NCBI GenBank assembly: GCA_002496015.1
Contig: DAIF01000001.1
Span: 8,752-72,751 of the forward strand
DNA: 64,000 bases
Reading direction: 5' to 3'
From: Candidatus Pacearchaeota archaeon UBA73
Lineage (GTDB): Archaea; Nanobdellota; Nanobdellia; Pacearchaeales; GW2011-AR1
Shown here: positions 56,660 through 64,000 of the stretch, piece after piece
Layout: each line of letters begins with the position of its first letter
How positions within the stretch are numbered: position 1 is the first letter of the stretch
Notes under the pieces: model-generated
Told to the model about the DNA's origin: nothing
Database searches by the model: none
The model's input: the letters and a program-made list of their open reading frames with translations, nothing else
Made by a program: the position numbers and the translations under genes

Positions 56660-57174
56660 AACCCCAAAATCTCATGCGAAATATCAGGTTGGAGAAAGTA
56701 ACTCTTAGCTGCGGCGCCACGGGCTCGGATTTAGAAAAGTCACAAAAACTTTTAGAAATGCTGACAGCTCGGAAAGCCCAGATTAATCATTCCGGTCCAA
56801 GGACAAGAATTCCTAATTTTAACGTCAAGCCGGATATGCCTCTCGGCACTTCAGTCACTCTCCGCAGAAAAGATGCTGCAGAAATGCTTAGAAAATTGCT
56901 GGGCGCAATCGACAACAGGCTCCGCAAAAAGCAAATTTCTCGAAACGGATTTTCTTTCGGAATCCACGAGTATATAGAGATTCCCGGAGTGGAATACAAG
57001 CGGGAAATAGGGATTCGCGGATTAAACGTGACTGCGACATTCATCCGTGCAGGCACGCGTGTCAAGAGGAAAAAGATGAAAGCTGGCAGAATTCCTCAAA
57101 GACAATATGTGACTCCGCAGGAGATTATAGACTATCTAAAAGAACATTTCAAGACAGAGGTAAGCGCAAGATGA
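56656..57174 (+). CDS. rpl5: 50S ribosomal protein L5 (uL5)
   Basis: NLMRNIRLEKVTLSCGATG. Confidence 0.9.
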   Translation: MKPQNLMRNIRLEKVTLSCGATGSDLEKSQKLLEMLTARKAQINHSGPRTRIPNFNVKPDMPLGTSVTLRRKDAAEMLRKLLGAIDNRLRKKQISRNGFSFGIHEYIEIPGVEYKREIGIRGLNVTATFIRAGTRVKRKKMKAGRIPQRQYVTPQEIIDYLKEHFKTEVSAR

Positions 57175-57401
57175 CAGCAAGTGATTGGAAAAAAATAACA
57201 AAACAATTAAGAAGCAAACCCGTAGTAATGCAAAAATTCCTAAGACATTGTAAGCCAAAAGACCGAAAGCAGGGGATCGCCTCTCAAAAATGCGAACGCT
57301 GCGGCAGATTTGGCGCTCACCTAAACCAATATAAACTACATCTTTGTAGGCATTGCTTCAGGGAAATTGCCGAAGAGATTGGTTTCAAAAAATACAGCTA
57401 A
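57171..57401 (+). CDS. rps14: 30S ribosomal protein S14 type Z (uS14)
   Basis: Zinc motif CERCGR....CRHCFRE. Confidence 0.85.
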   Translation: MTASDWKKITKQLRSKPVVMQKFLRHCKPKDRKQGIASQKCERCGRFGAHLNQYKLHLCRHCFREIAEEIGFKKYS

Positions 57402-57402
57402 C

Positions 57403-57783
57403 ATGTCACAAGATACAGTTTCAGATACATTGAATCAGCTAATGAATGCACTTAGAGCGGGAAAGTCAGAAGTAGAAGTAAAAAAATACTCAAAGTTTCT
57501 CCTTAGCGTTCTGGCTCTCGCTAAACTGAAGGGTTACGTGGAATCTTATCAGGCAGATCCCGCAGCTAAGACTCTTAAAATCAAGATCGGGAGATTGAAC
57601 GGCTGCAACTCAATTAAACCTCGCCTCGTCTTAAAAGCGAACGAGATTGAGCGTTATGTCAAGAGATATCTCCCGGCAAAGAATATTGGAATTATTATCA
57701 TTTCAACGCCGCAAGGTCTAATGACGCATCAAACTTCACTTGAAAAAAATTTGGGAGGGAGCTTGATAGCTTATTTCTACTAA
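57403..57783 (+). CDS. rps8: 30S ribosomal protein S8 (uS8)
   Basis: Start refined to MSQDTVSDTLNQLMNA; ends GGSLIAYFY. Confidence 0.85.
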   Translation: MSQDTVSDTLNQLMNALRAGKSEVEVKKYSKFLLSVLALAKLKGYVESYQADPAAKTLKIKIGRLNGCNSIKPRLVLKANEIERYVKRYLPAKNIGIIIISTPQGLMTHQTSLEKNLGGSLIAYFY

Positions 57784-58325
57784 TGAAAAGACGCATTTTG
57801 GAAACAGTCGCTATTCCAGCAGGCATCTCATGCGAAATTTCTGACGGAGTTATACGCTGTACAAAGGATTCCAAAACCCTCCAAAGAAAAATCTCGGTTC
57901 CCTCAACCGAAGTCAATATCAAAGATAGCGAAGTGGTTCTTGAATGTAAGAAAGGAAACAAGAATAATTACAAGGGAATAATGTCAACGATTGCGCACCT
58001 AAAAAATCTTTTCAACGGTCTTGAAGAAACTTACGTCTATAAGCTGGAATCTTGCAACGTTCATTTCCCGATGACGATAAAAGTCGAGCCGAATCGAGTT
58101 GTGATAAACAATTTTCTGGGAGAAAAAGTTCCTCGGGAAGCGAAGATTCTTCCCGGCGTCGAAGTCAAAATTGAAGGTCCTAAAATAACAGTCACTTCGC
58201 ATGATCGCGAGGCAGCAGGTCAGACCGCGGCGAATCTTGAGCGGGCGACAAAACTAAGGGGGCGGGATAGAAGAATATTTCAGGATGGGATTTACATCGT
58301 TGAGAAACCCGGGAGGGACATCTAA
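57783..58325 (+). CDS. rpl6: 50S ribosomal protein L6 (uL6)
   Basis: Operon position and length 180 aa. Confidence 0.8.
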   Translation: MKRRILETVAIPAGISCEISDGVIRCTKDSKTLQRKISVPSTEVNIKDSEVVLECKKGNKNNYKGIMSTIAHLKNLFNGLEETYVYKLESCNVHFPMTIKVEPNRVVINNFLGEKVPREAKILPGVEVKIEGPKITVTSHDREAAGQTAANLERATKLRGRDRRIFQDGIYIVEKPGRDI

Positions 58326-58690
58326 TGCCAAAGAAAAAATTTGTTCGTCAAGATGCCAACAGGTATTCCAAAATCGGCAAGAATAGAAAAAAACTTCAGA
58401 AATGGAGAAGGCCAAAAGGAAGGGACAGCAAGATGCGTCTGAAGAGAAAGAGCTATCCTGCTACTGTATCTATTGGATACAGCACCTCAAGAAAGGAATA
58501 CGGAAAGATCAACGGAAAAACGCCCGTCTTAGTTTACAATATAAAAGACCTGGAAAAGCTGGGCAAAGAAAACGTCGCTTTGTTGGCGAAAGTCGGCGCA
58601 AAAAAGAAACTTGAGATGATTAAATTCGCAGAGGAAAAAAAGATTGCGATTATCAACGTGCGCGGAGGAAAAAATGAAGCTGGAAAATAA
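58325..58690 (+). CDS. rpl32e: 50S ribosomal protein L32e (eL32)
   Basis: KKLQKWRRPKGRDSKMRLKRKSYP. Confidence 0.85.
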   Translation: MPKKKFVRQDANRYSKIGKNRKKLQKWRRPKGRDSKMRLKRKSYPATVSIGYSTSRKEYGKINGKTPVLVYNIKDLEKLGKENVALLAKVGAKKKLEMIKFAEEKKIAIINVRGGKNEAGK

Positions 58691-59144
58691 AAAAGCTCTT
58701 GTAGCTAGAACGTTGAACGTGGGGAAGAATCGCATTGTGTTTAACACGCAAAGACTTTCGGAACTAAAGGAGGCAATTACTAAACAGGACATTCGAGACC
58801 TTCAGAAGTCTGGCGCTATTCACATCAAGGCAGAGTCAGGCAGAAAAACAAAGAAGAAACGAAAGACTCGAAGAAGATACGGGAGCATAAAGAAGGTTAT
58901 TAAAGGCGGAAAGACAGACTACATCATTCTTACAAGAAAGCTCAGGTCTTATCTGGCTCACCTGAAAAAAACAAATCAGATTCCTCGGGAAGATTATCTG
59001 ACTCTCCGCAAGGAGATTCGAGCCAGTGCGTTCAGAAGTCTGGCTCACATGAAAGAGAGGATTTCTCAGGCAGAAAAGTTCAAGAGCAAGGGGGTAAAGA
59101 ATGCCAAAAACACAAAGGCGAAGAAGAAAAGAAAGAAAAACTGA
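58673..59144 (+). CDS. rpl19e: 50S ribosomal protein L19e (eL19)
   Basis: Start refined to MKLENKKAL; KKKRKTRRRYGSIKK. Confidence 0.85.
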
Positions 59145-59577
59145 TTACAAGTCAAGGTTTAATCTGCTGAAATCAGAGAAACCTCGATTGGTAATCAGAA
59201 AGACAAATCGTTACATAATCGTGCAGATAGTGGAATCGACAATCGCTCAGGACAGAGTCATTGCAGAAGTTACTTCAAAAGATTTGCTTGCTAAGGGCTG
59301 GCCCAAAGAAAAATCTGGTTCACTAAAATCCCTTCCTGCAGCATATCTCACCGGATACCTTCTCGTAAAAAATCTCAAGGCTAAGGTGGGCGAGGTCGTT
59401 CTTGACATGGGTTTGCAGCGCAATGTGCACGGGTCGAGAATTTATGCAGCGTTCATGGGAGCGATTGATGCTGGGCTCAAATCCCCACACAATCCGGAAT
59501 CTCTTCCGGACATGAAACGAATTCAATCTAACGAAAAGCTTAAAACAATATTCGAAAAAGTAAAAGGAGCTTTATAA
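59101..59577 (+). CDS. rpl18: 50S ribosomal protein L18 (uL18)
   Basis: MPKTQRRRRKERKTDYKSRF... Confidence 0.85.
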   Translation: MPKTQRRRRKERKTDYKSRFNLLKSEKPRLVIRKTNRYIIVQIVESTIAQDRVIAEVTSKDLLAKGWPKEKSGSLKSLPAAYLTGYLLVKNLKAKVGEVVLDMGLQRNVHGSRIYAAFMGAIDAGLKSPHNPESLPDMKRIQSNEKLKTIFEKVKGAL

Positions 59578-59578
59578 G

Positions 59579-60361
59579 ATGGCCGAAAAAGAAACACGCA
59601 ATGAACCAAAGGACATGATTGAAGCCGTTCCGGAAGAACTGGAAAAGCTGGAAATAGAAGTAGTCGAAGAAAAGCTGGAAGAAATAGACAAGAAAGAGAA
59701 GTCGCAGGAAGTTGTCTCTTCTTGGGCTCCAAAGACTCGACTCGGTAAGTTGGTGAAAGAAGGAAAAGAAAAAGATATTGACAAGATTTTGAAATCTGGA
59801 AAGAAGATACTCGAAGCAGAGATTGTCGATTCTCTTCTGCCTTTAGAATCCGATTTGATTCTCATTGGACAGGCGAAGGGAAAGTTTGGCGGAGGAAAAA
59901 GAAGAGCTTGGAGACAAACTCAAAAGAAAACCATGGAAGGAAACGATCTCTCGTTTTCTGCGATGGCAGTTATCGGCGACAAGAGGGGCCATGTCGGCGT
60001 CGGCTTCGGAAAGGCTTCAGAGACTCTGCCCGCGAGAGAAAAGGCTCTCCGAAATGCGAAATTGAACGTGATGAAAGTAACGCTCGGATTTGAATCTCCG
60101 GAAGAAGAAAAAGACAAGACGAATCCACACACCGTGCCATTCAAATCTGAAGGAAAATGTGGTAGCGTGCGCATCACGCTCTGGCCTGCTCCAAGGGGGA
60201 CTGGGTTGGTCGCAGGTGCAGAAGTCAAGAAGATTCTTCGACTGGCTGGCGTTAAAGACGCATACACCCGCGCGTCGGGTCACACAAAAACTACATTCAA
60301 CGTAGCAAGAGCATGCATAGATGCTCTCGAAAAAACCGCAAAAATGAGGTTGGAACAATGA
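59579..60361 (+). CDS. rps5: 30S ribosomal protein S5 (uS5) with acidic N-terminal extension
   Basis: Core dsRBD and S5 C-terminal domain (GHVGVGFGKASE). Confidence 0.85.
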   Translation: MAEKETRNEPKDMIEAVPEELEKLEIEVVEEKLEEIDKKEKSQEVVSSWAPKTRLGKLVKEGKEKDIDKILKSGKKILEAEIVDSLLPLESDLILIGQAKGKFGGGKRRAWRQTQKKTMEGNDLSFSAMAVIGDKRGHVGVGFGKASETLPAREKALRNAKLNVMKVTLGFESPEEEKDKTNPHTVPFKSEGKCGSVRITLWPAPRGTGLVAGAEVKKILRLAGVKDAYTRASGHTKTTFNVARACIDALEKTAKMRLEQ

Positions 60362-60777
60362 TAGTTGTCATTAGAATTGCAGGTCAAGTCCACTTGACAG
60401 AAGAGATGGAGGAGACGTTCAACAGGATTAGACTGAGAAGAAAATATTCTGCGACGCTGCTGCCAGAAACTAAAGAAACCGCAAAGTTGCTTTTGCGTAT
60501 TCGAAACTTTATTTCATACGGTCAGATAGATACCGCCACTCTTGCAAACTTACTAGCTGCTCGAGCTCAGCCGCTAAAGGCCGGCGCGAAGATTGATCCA
60601 AAAAAGATTATGACTGAGATTGAGAAAAAATCTCTTCAGGAACTCGGGCTAAAGCCGTTCTTCAGACTTCACCCCCCAAGGGGAGGGATTGACTCAAAGA
60701 AACACGCTGGAGGAAAAGGCAAGGGCGTGCTCGGAGAGAATAAAAATATAAATGCTCTAATCGAGAGGATGTTATAA
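60359..60777 (+). CDS. rpl30: 50S ribosomal protein L30 (uL30)
   Basis: Start refined to MIVVIRIAGQV. Confidence 0.85.
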
Positions 60778-60962
60778 TGGTTTCAAAAGGATTTGCTTGG
60801 GAATGTGAATGTGGAAACATCGAATACGGATCATATCCTCCGGAAGAATGCTCGCAATGCGCCGCAGTTGACAGCTTCATAAAAGTTCCGGAAGACGAAA
60901 TTGCTGAGAGGGAAGAGGAAAACGTCTTGGCAAAAAGACCTTTGGAGGAAGAAGATGATTAA
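60777..60962 (+). CDS. Small Zn-ribbon protein (61 aa) encoded between rpl30 and rpl15
   Basis: WECECGNIEYG...CSQC followed by an acidic tail. Starts at the rpl30 stop; overlaps rpl15 start by 8 nt. Confidence 0.4.
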   Translation: MVSKGFAWECECGNIEYGSYPPEECSQCAAVDSFIKVPEDEIAEREEENVLAKRPLEEEDD

Positions 60963-61350
60963 GAAAAGAACGAAAAGGTCGCGGTTTAGGGGAACCCACA
61001 CTCACGGTAGAGGATTCAAGAAGAAAGCTCGTGGTTCTGGTCATCGTGGCGGAGTCGGAAGGGCGGGCAGCGGCAAAAAAGCCGATCAGAAAAAAGATCT
61101 GATTAATTTTCCATTTGGAAAAGACAAAGCCCTAAGAAGAAAGCCCAAGATAAAGCTAAATACCATAAATCTCTCGCAGATATCGGAAAAGTTCGCGGGG
61201 CAAAAAGAAGTAAAACTTCAGGGTTATAAAATTCTAAGCAACGGGGACATAAAGGAGAAAATGACAATTTACGCAGACGCTGCATCAGAATCCGCAATAG
61301 GTAAAATTAAAAAAGCCGGCGGAGATATTGTTTTAACTAACAAGAAGTAA
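60955..61350 (+). CDS. rpl15: 50S ribosomal protein L15 (uL15)
   Basis: Start refined to MIKKRTKRSRFRGTHTHGRGFKKKARGSGHRGG. Confidence 0.85.
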   Translation: MIKKRTKRSRFRGTHTHGRGFKKKARGSGHRGGVGRAGSGKKADQKKDLINFPFGKDKALRRKPKIKLNTINLSQISEKFAGQKEVKLQGYKILSNGDIKEKMTIYADAASESAIGKIKKAGGDIVLTNKK

Positions 61351-61392
61351 CGAAACCAAAAAATTTTTATAGTCTTACTTTCTCAAAAAATT

Positions 61393-62169
61393 ATGAAACA
61401 AATCAATCAAAGAATAGCAGAAACTGGAATTTTTGTATTTAGTTATGACCCCCAAACTAGAAAGTTCACATATTCGCGTCCTTTCACGACAAAAGAAGCA
61501 AAAGACTTAGCTGAACAAACCAATGCAACAATTAATTCTCAATATAAAGGTGTTAAGGGTCTAAGAAAAGGTCTTGCAGCTAAAAATGGCAAATTAGTTA
61601 ATATGAGTACGCTTAAAGGAATCGTCGCAAATAGGGTTCTTATGCAATCTACAAATGCCCAACAATGGTTGCCGACAATTCAAGAAGGAATCACCTTACA
61701 AAGAGCGGGAATGTTTCCTTCAGGAATTTTGATTGATATAGGTATTGCTTTATACAATGAACAAGCCCCCAATAAAGAAATTGCCAAATCTTTAGCTAAT
61801 GAAGGGAGATATGTTTTGCCCGTTTTAGCTTCATTCAAATCTCTTGATTTATCCCTCGGAGGAAAAAGATACGGCGTCACTCCTCGATTAGTTTCGGCGG
61901 ATGGCTTAACCTCTGGAAAAGATGCAACAAAATTAATGCAGGCCAATTCTTTTTATCAAGGAGAAGGTACAGGAGTTCGCGGGGTGTGCCACAGCAACGG
62001 CGACTTCTGGTGTGCCGATTGGAACGACGACTTGGGCTACTTCTACGAGGACTGTCGGGTGGGTCGTTTTTCTGCCAAAGGCAGCGCGCAAAAATTGGAG
62101 GAAGAGGCTTTAGGCGCGTTTGCTCCAATCAGAAAAAGCCTAGATTCGGTTCTTGCTCTGGCACAATAA
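61393..62169 (+). CDS. DGR target (variable) protein; VR lies in its C-terminal region
   Basis: 258 aa. The C-terminal segment VCHSNGDFWCADWNDDLGYFYEDCRVGRF is the protein product of the VR (template-like repeat lies downstream). The CRVGRF ending resembles C-type-lectin/FGE-like DGR variable domains. Confidence 0.65.
   Translation: MKQINQRIAETGIFVFSYDPQTRKFTYSRPFTTKEAKDLAEQTNATINSQYKGVKGLRKGLAAKNGKLVNMSTLKGIVANRVLMQSTNAQQWLPTIQEGITLQRAGMFPSGILIDIGIALYNEQAPNKEIAKSLANEGRYVLPVLASFKSLDLSLGGKRYGVTPRLVSADGLTSGKDATKLMQANSFYQGEGTGVRGVCHSNGDFWCADWNDDLGYFYEDCRVGRFSAKGSAQKLEEEALGAFAPIRKSLDSVLALAQ
61981..62064 (+). repeat. DGR variable repeat (VR)
   Basis: ~80-nt match to TR at 62351..62434; 17 of 20 mismatches are at positions where TR has A. 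Confidence 0.7.
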
Positions 62170-62350
62170 AACATTTAAAGAATATTTTCTTAATTTTACT
62201 CCTAGCCAAATGGCTGGGCCACACGCTGGTTAATAGCGCTCGTAATTGAGTCATAAAATACAATCATTGCATCTAGTAAACAGTGAATCGATGGATGAGT
62301 TGAAATTTACAATGATGGTGAAACTTTGATTAATCAGCTACACAGTTCTC

Positions 62351-62434
62351 AGGGTGTACTGCAACAACGACGGCAACTGGAATGCCAATTGGAACGACAA
62401 CTTGGACAACTTCAACGAGAACTGTCGAATGGCC
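62351..62434 (+). repeat. DGR template repeat (TR), AAC-rich, immediately upstream of RT
   Basis: gtg tac tgc aac aac gac ggc aac tgg aat gcc aat tgg aac gac aac ttg gac aac ttc aac gag aac tgt cga. Non-coding (preceded by an in-frame TGA, no ATG) and AAC-codon-rich as in DGR TRs. Confidence 0.7.
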
Positions 62435-62451
62435 TGGCTTGCTAGGAAAAA

Positions 62452-63351
62452 ATGAAAACTTATAGTAACTCGCACAAAAAAATAATCTCTTTTGAAAATC
62501 TTATCCTAGCTTGGAAAAAAGCTAGAAAAGGTAAAACTAAAAAAGATTATGTTATAAAGTTTGAAGATGAATTATTCTGTAATCTAATGGCCCTTCATTA
62601 TGAATTAAAATTCCATGCTTATTCGCCACGTCCGCTCGTAACTTTCATCTTGCGCGACCCAAAAACTCGGGTAATTTCAAAATCCGACTTTAGAGATAGA
62701 ATTGTTCATCACGCTATTTGCAATATCATTGAGCCAATATTTGACAAAACTTTCATCCATGATTCGTGTTCAAACAGAAAGAACAAGGGAAATTTATTTG
62801 CCCTCATGCGTTTACAAAAATTTATCAGAAAGATATCAAAAAACGGATTAATTGCAAAAAATAAATTTCAGGACAATAATTTTGTAGTCGGATACTGTCT
62901 AAAAGCAGACATCAAACACTATTTTCAAGAAGTTGATCACAATATTCGCTACGTAGATGATTTTGTTATCTTACATCGCTCTAAAGAACAGTTGGTCTTG
63001 TGGAAAGAGCAGATTAATAACTTTCTGAAAGAAAATTTAAAGATTGAACTACACTCTCAAAAATCAAGGATCATTCCGCTTTCAAAAGGGATAGACTTTG
63101 TAGGATTTCGAAATTTTTATCACTATAAACTTCCGAGAAAAAGAAATATAAGAAAAATGCAGAGAAGAATTCAAGCATTTCTCGAAGAAGAAATTTCATA
63201 CCAAGAATTAATGGAAAGTTATCAAGGTTGGCAGGCGTATGTAAAATGGTCGAGCTCTCTTAACTTAAGAAGAAATTTGTTAAAAGAAATTCAGAAAGTA
63301 AAACAATCTCTAGTCGAGAAGAGAAAAACATCCTTACAGCATTCTCGCTAA
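62452..63351 (+). CDS. DGR-type reverse transcriptase, apparently lacking the motif 4/B region
   Basis: N-terminus matches DGR RTs (ENLILAWKKARKGK; ISKSDFRDRIVHHAICNIIEPIFDKTFIHDSCSNRKNKG). Motif A LKADIKHYFQEVDH is followed after only 3 residues by motif C YVDDFVIL. Thumb-like GIDFVGFRNF. Confidence 0.75.
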   Translation: MKTYSNSHKKIISFENLILAWKKARKGKTKKDYVIKFEDELFCNLMALHYELKFHAYSPRPLVTFILRDPKTRVISKSDFRDRIVHHAICNIIEPIFDKTFIHDSCSNRKNKGNLFALMRLQKFIRKISKNGLIAKNKFQDNNFVVGYCLKADIKHYFQEVDHNIRYVDDFVILHRSKEQLVLWKEQINNFLKENLKIELHSQKSRIIPLSKGIDFVGFRNFYHYKLPRKRNIRKMQRRIQAFLEEEISYQELMESYQGWQAYVKWSSSLNLRRNLLKEIQKVKQSLVEKRKTSLQHSR

Positions 63352-63396
63352 TTTTCCCAATATCTTTAAAAAGTCTAATTTCAGAATAATATAAAA

Positions 63397-64000
63397 TGGC
63401 ATCAGCCCTAAAAAACATCCTCTATAATCTCCCTGAGGTTAAACGGCCGACAGAAAAGAAAGTTAGTTTCAACGTCAAGTTGAAATGGACTATCATCATC
63501 CTAGTTGCATTTTTTATCCTGGCTAACGTTGACTTATATGGCCTGTCCGCCAACGCCTTAGGCAACTTGGAATTTCTTCAGACAATTCTTGCTTCTCAGT
63601 TTGGTACGATAATCAGCTTGGGTATCGGACCAATAGTCATGTCATCTATCATCCTACAGCTTCTCGTCGGCTCAGGTATACTTAAAATCAATACGAAAAC
63701 CGAAGAAGGCAAGAAATATTTTCAGGGTCTTCAAAAAGTTGGAGTTCTTTTCTTTATAGTGTTTGAAGCGATAGTTTACGTAGCGATGGGCGGATTACAG
63801 GCAGATCCAAACCTTGCATGGGGCTCGCAGATACTCATCTTTCAGCTAATCCTCGGCGGACTCGCCATAATGTTCATGGACGAAGTGGTTCAAAAGTGGG
63901 GCTTTGGTTCTGGCGTTTCTCTATTTATCGTAGCCGGAGTCGCTTGGAGCTTATTCAATGGGCTGTTCCAGTTCATAGACGCTTCAGGTGCGAACTGTCT
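63397..64000 (+). CDS. secY: Preprotein translocase SecY, N-terminal part (runs off the window)
   Basis: Open frame from ATG 63397 to the window end: MASALKNILYNLPEVKRPTEKKVSFNVKLKWTIIILVAFFILANVDLYG...LGIGPIVMSSIILQLL. Absent from the ORF track because there is no in-window stop. Confidence 0.75.

Noticed and set aside
50185-61297. Numerous 60-120 aa ORFs overlapping or antisense to the ribosomal protein genes
   Set aside because: They are nested in well-supported conserved genes, with low-complexity or reverse-strand compositional bias.
62352-62446. Short frame covering the TR (V Y C N N D G N W N A N W N D N ... stop overlapping the RT start)
   Set aside because: It has no ATG and is preceded by an in-frame TGA. 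It is interpreted as the non-coding template repeat, which retains the reading-frame pattern of the VR, not as a gene.
62170-62451. Possibility that the RT belongs to a group II intron or retron rather than a DGR
   Set aside because: The RT N-terminus matches DGR-type RTs. At 299 aa with no maturase/X domain it is too short for a group II IEP. A TR/VR pair with adenine-specific differences is present. No intron 5' GUGYG / 3' AY boundaries or retron msr/msd-like inverted repeats were seen.

Overview
This 64 kb window is AT-rich, densely coded DNA from an archaeon, probably a small-genome DPANN-type lineage (inference). The archaeal assignment rests on an archaeal-order ribosomal protein operon (L3-L4-L23-L2-S19-L22-S3-L29-SUI1-S17-L14-L24-S4e-L5-S14-S8-L6-L32e-L19e-L18-S5-L30-L15 ... 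SecY), PCNA, primase PriS, Mre11/Rad50, proteasome beta, aCPSF1, an archaeal-type CCA enzyme and many class-III (prepilin-like) signal peptides. The first 48 kb is mostly cell-surface accessory genes. These include at least eight large secreted, TM-anchored proteins, four of which form a paralogous Cys-rich family with CGDGxxxxxEECD repeats. There is a type-IV-pilus-like locus with three pilins, a FlaI/TadA-type ATPase and a two-ORF FlaJ/TadC platform, plus four more pilin genes elsewhere. A RelE/RHH cassette is bracketed by direct repeats. RNA genes are a tRNA-Thr(CGU) and a GC-rich structured RNA I interpret as SRP (7S) RNA. The most striking feature is a diversity-generating retroelement (DGR) inserted between rpl15 and secY: a target gene whose C-terminal variable repeat (VR) differs from a downstream template repeat (TR) almost only at TR adenines, followed by a DGR-type reverse transcriptase (RT). 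This RT seems to lack the region containing RT motif 4/B. An RmtB/ArmA (FmrO)-family 16S rRNA methyltransferase homolog sits inside the pilus locus. All calls come from reading the translations and sequence by eye; no database searches were run.
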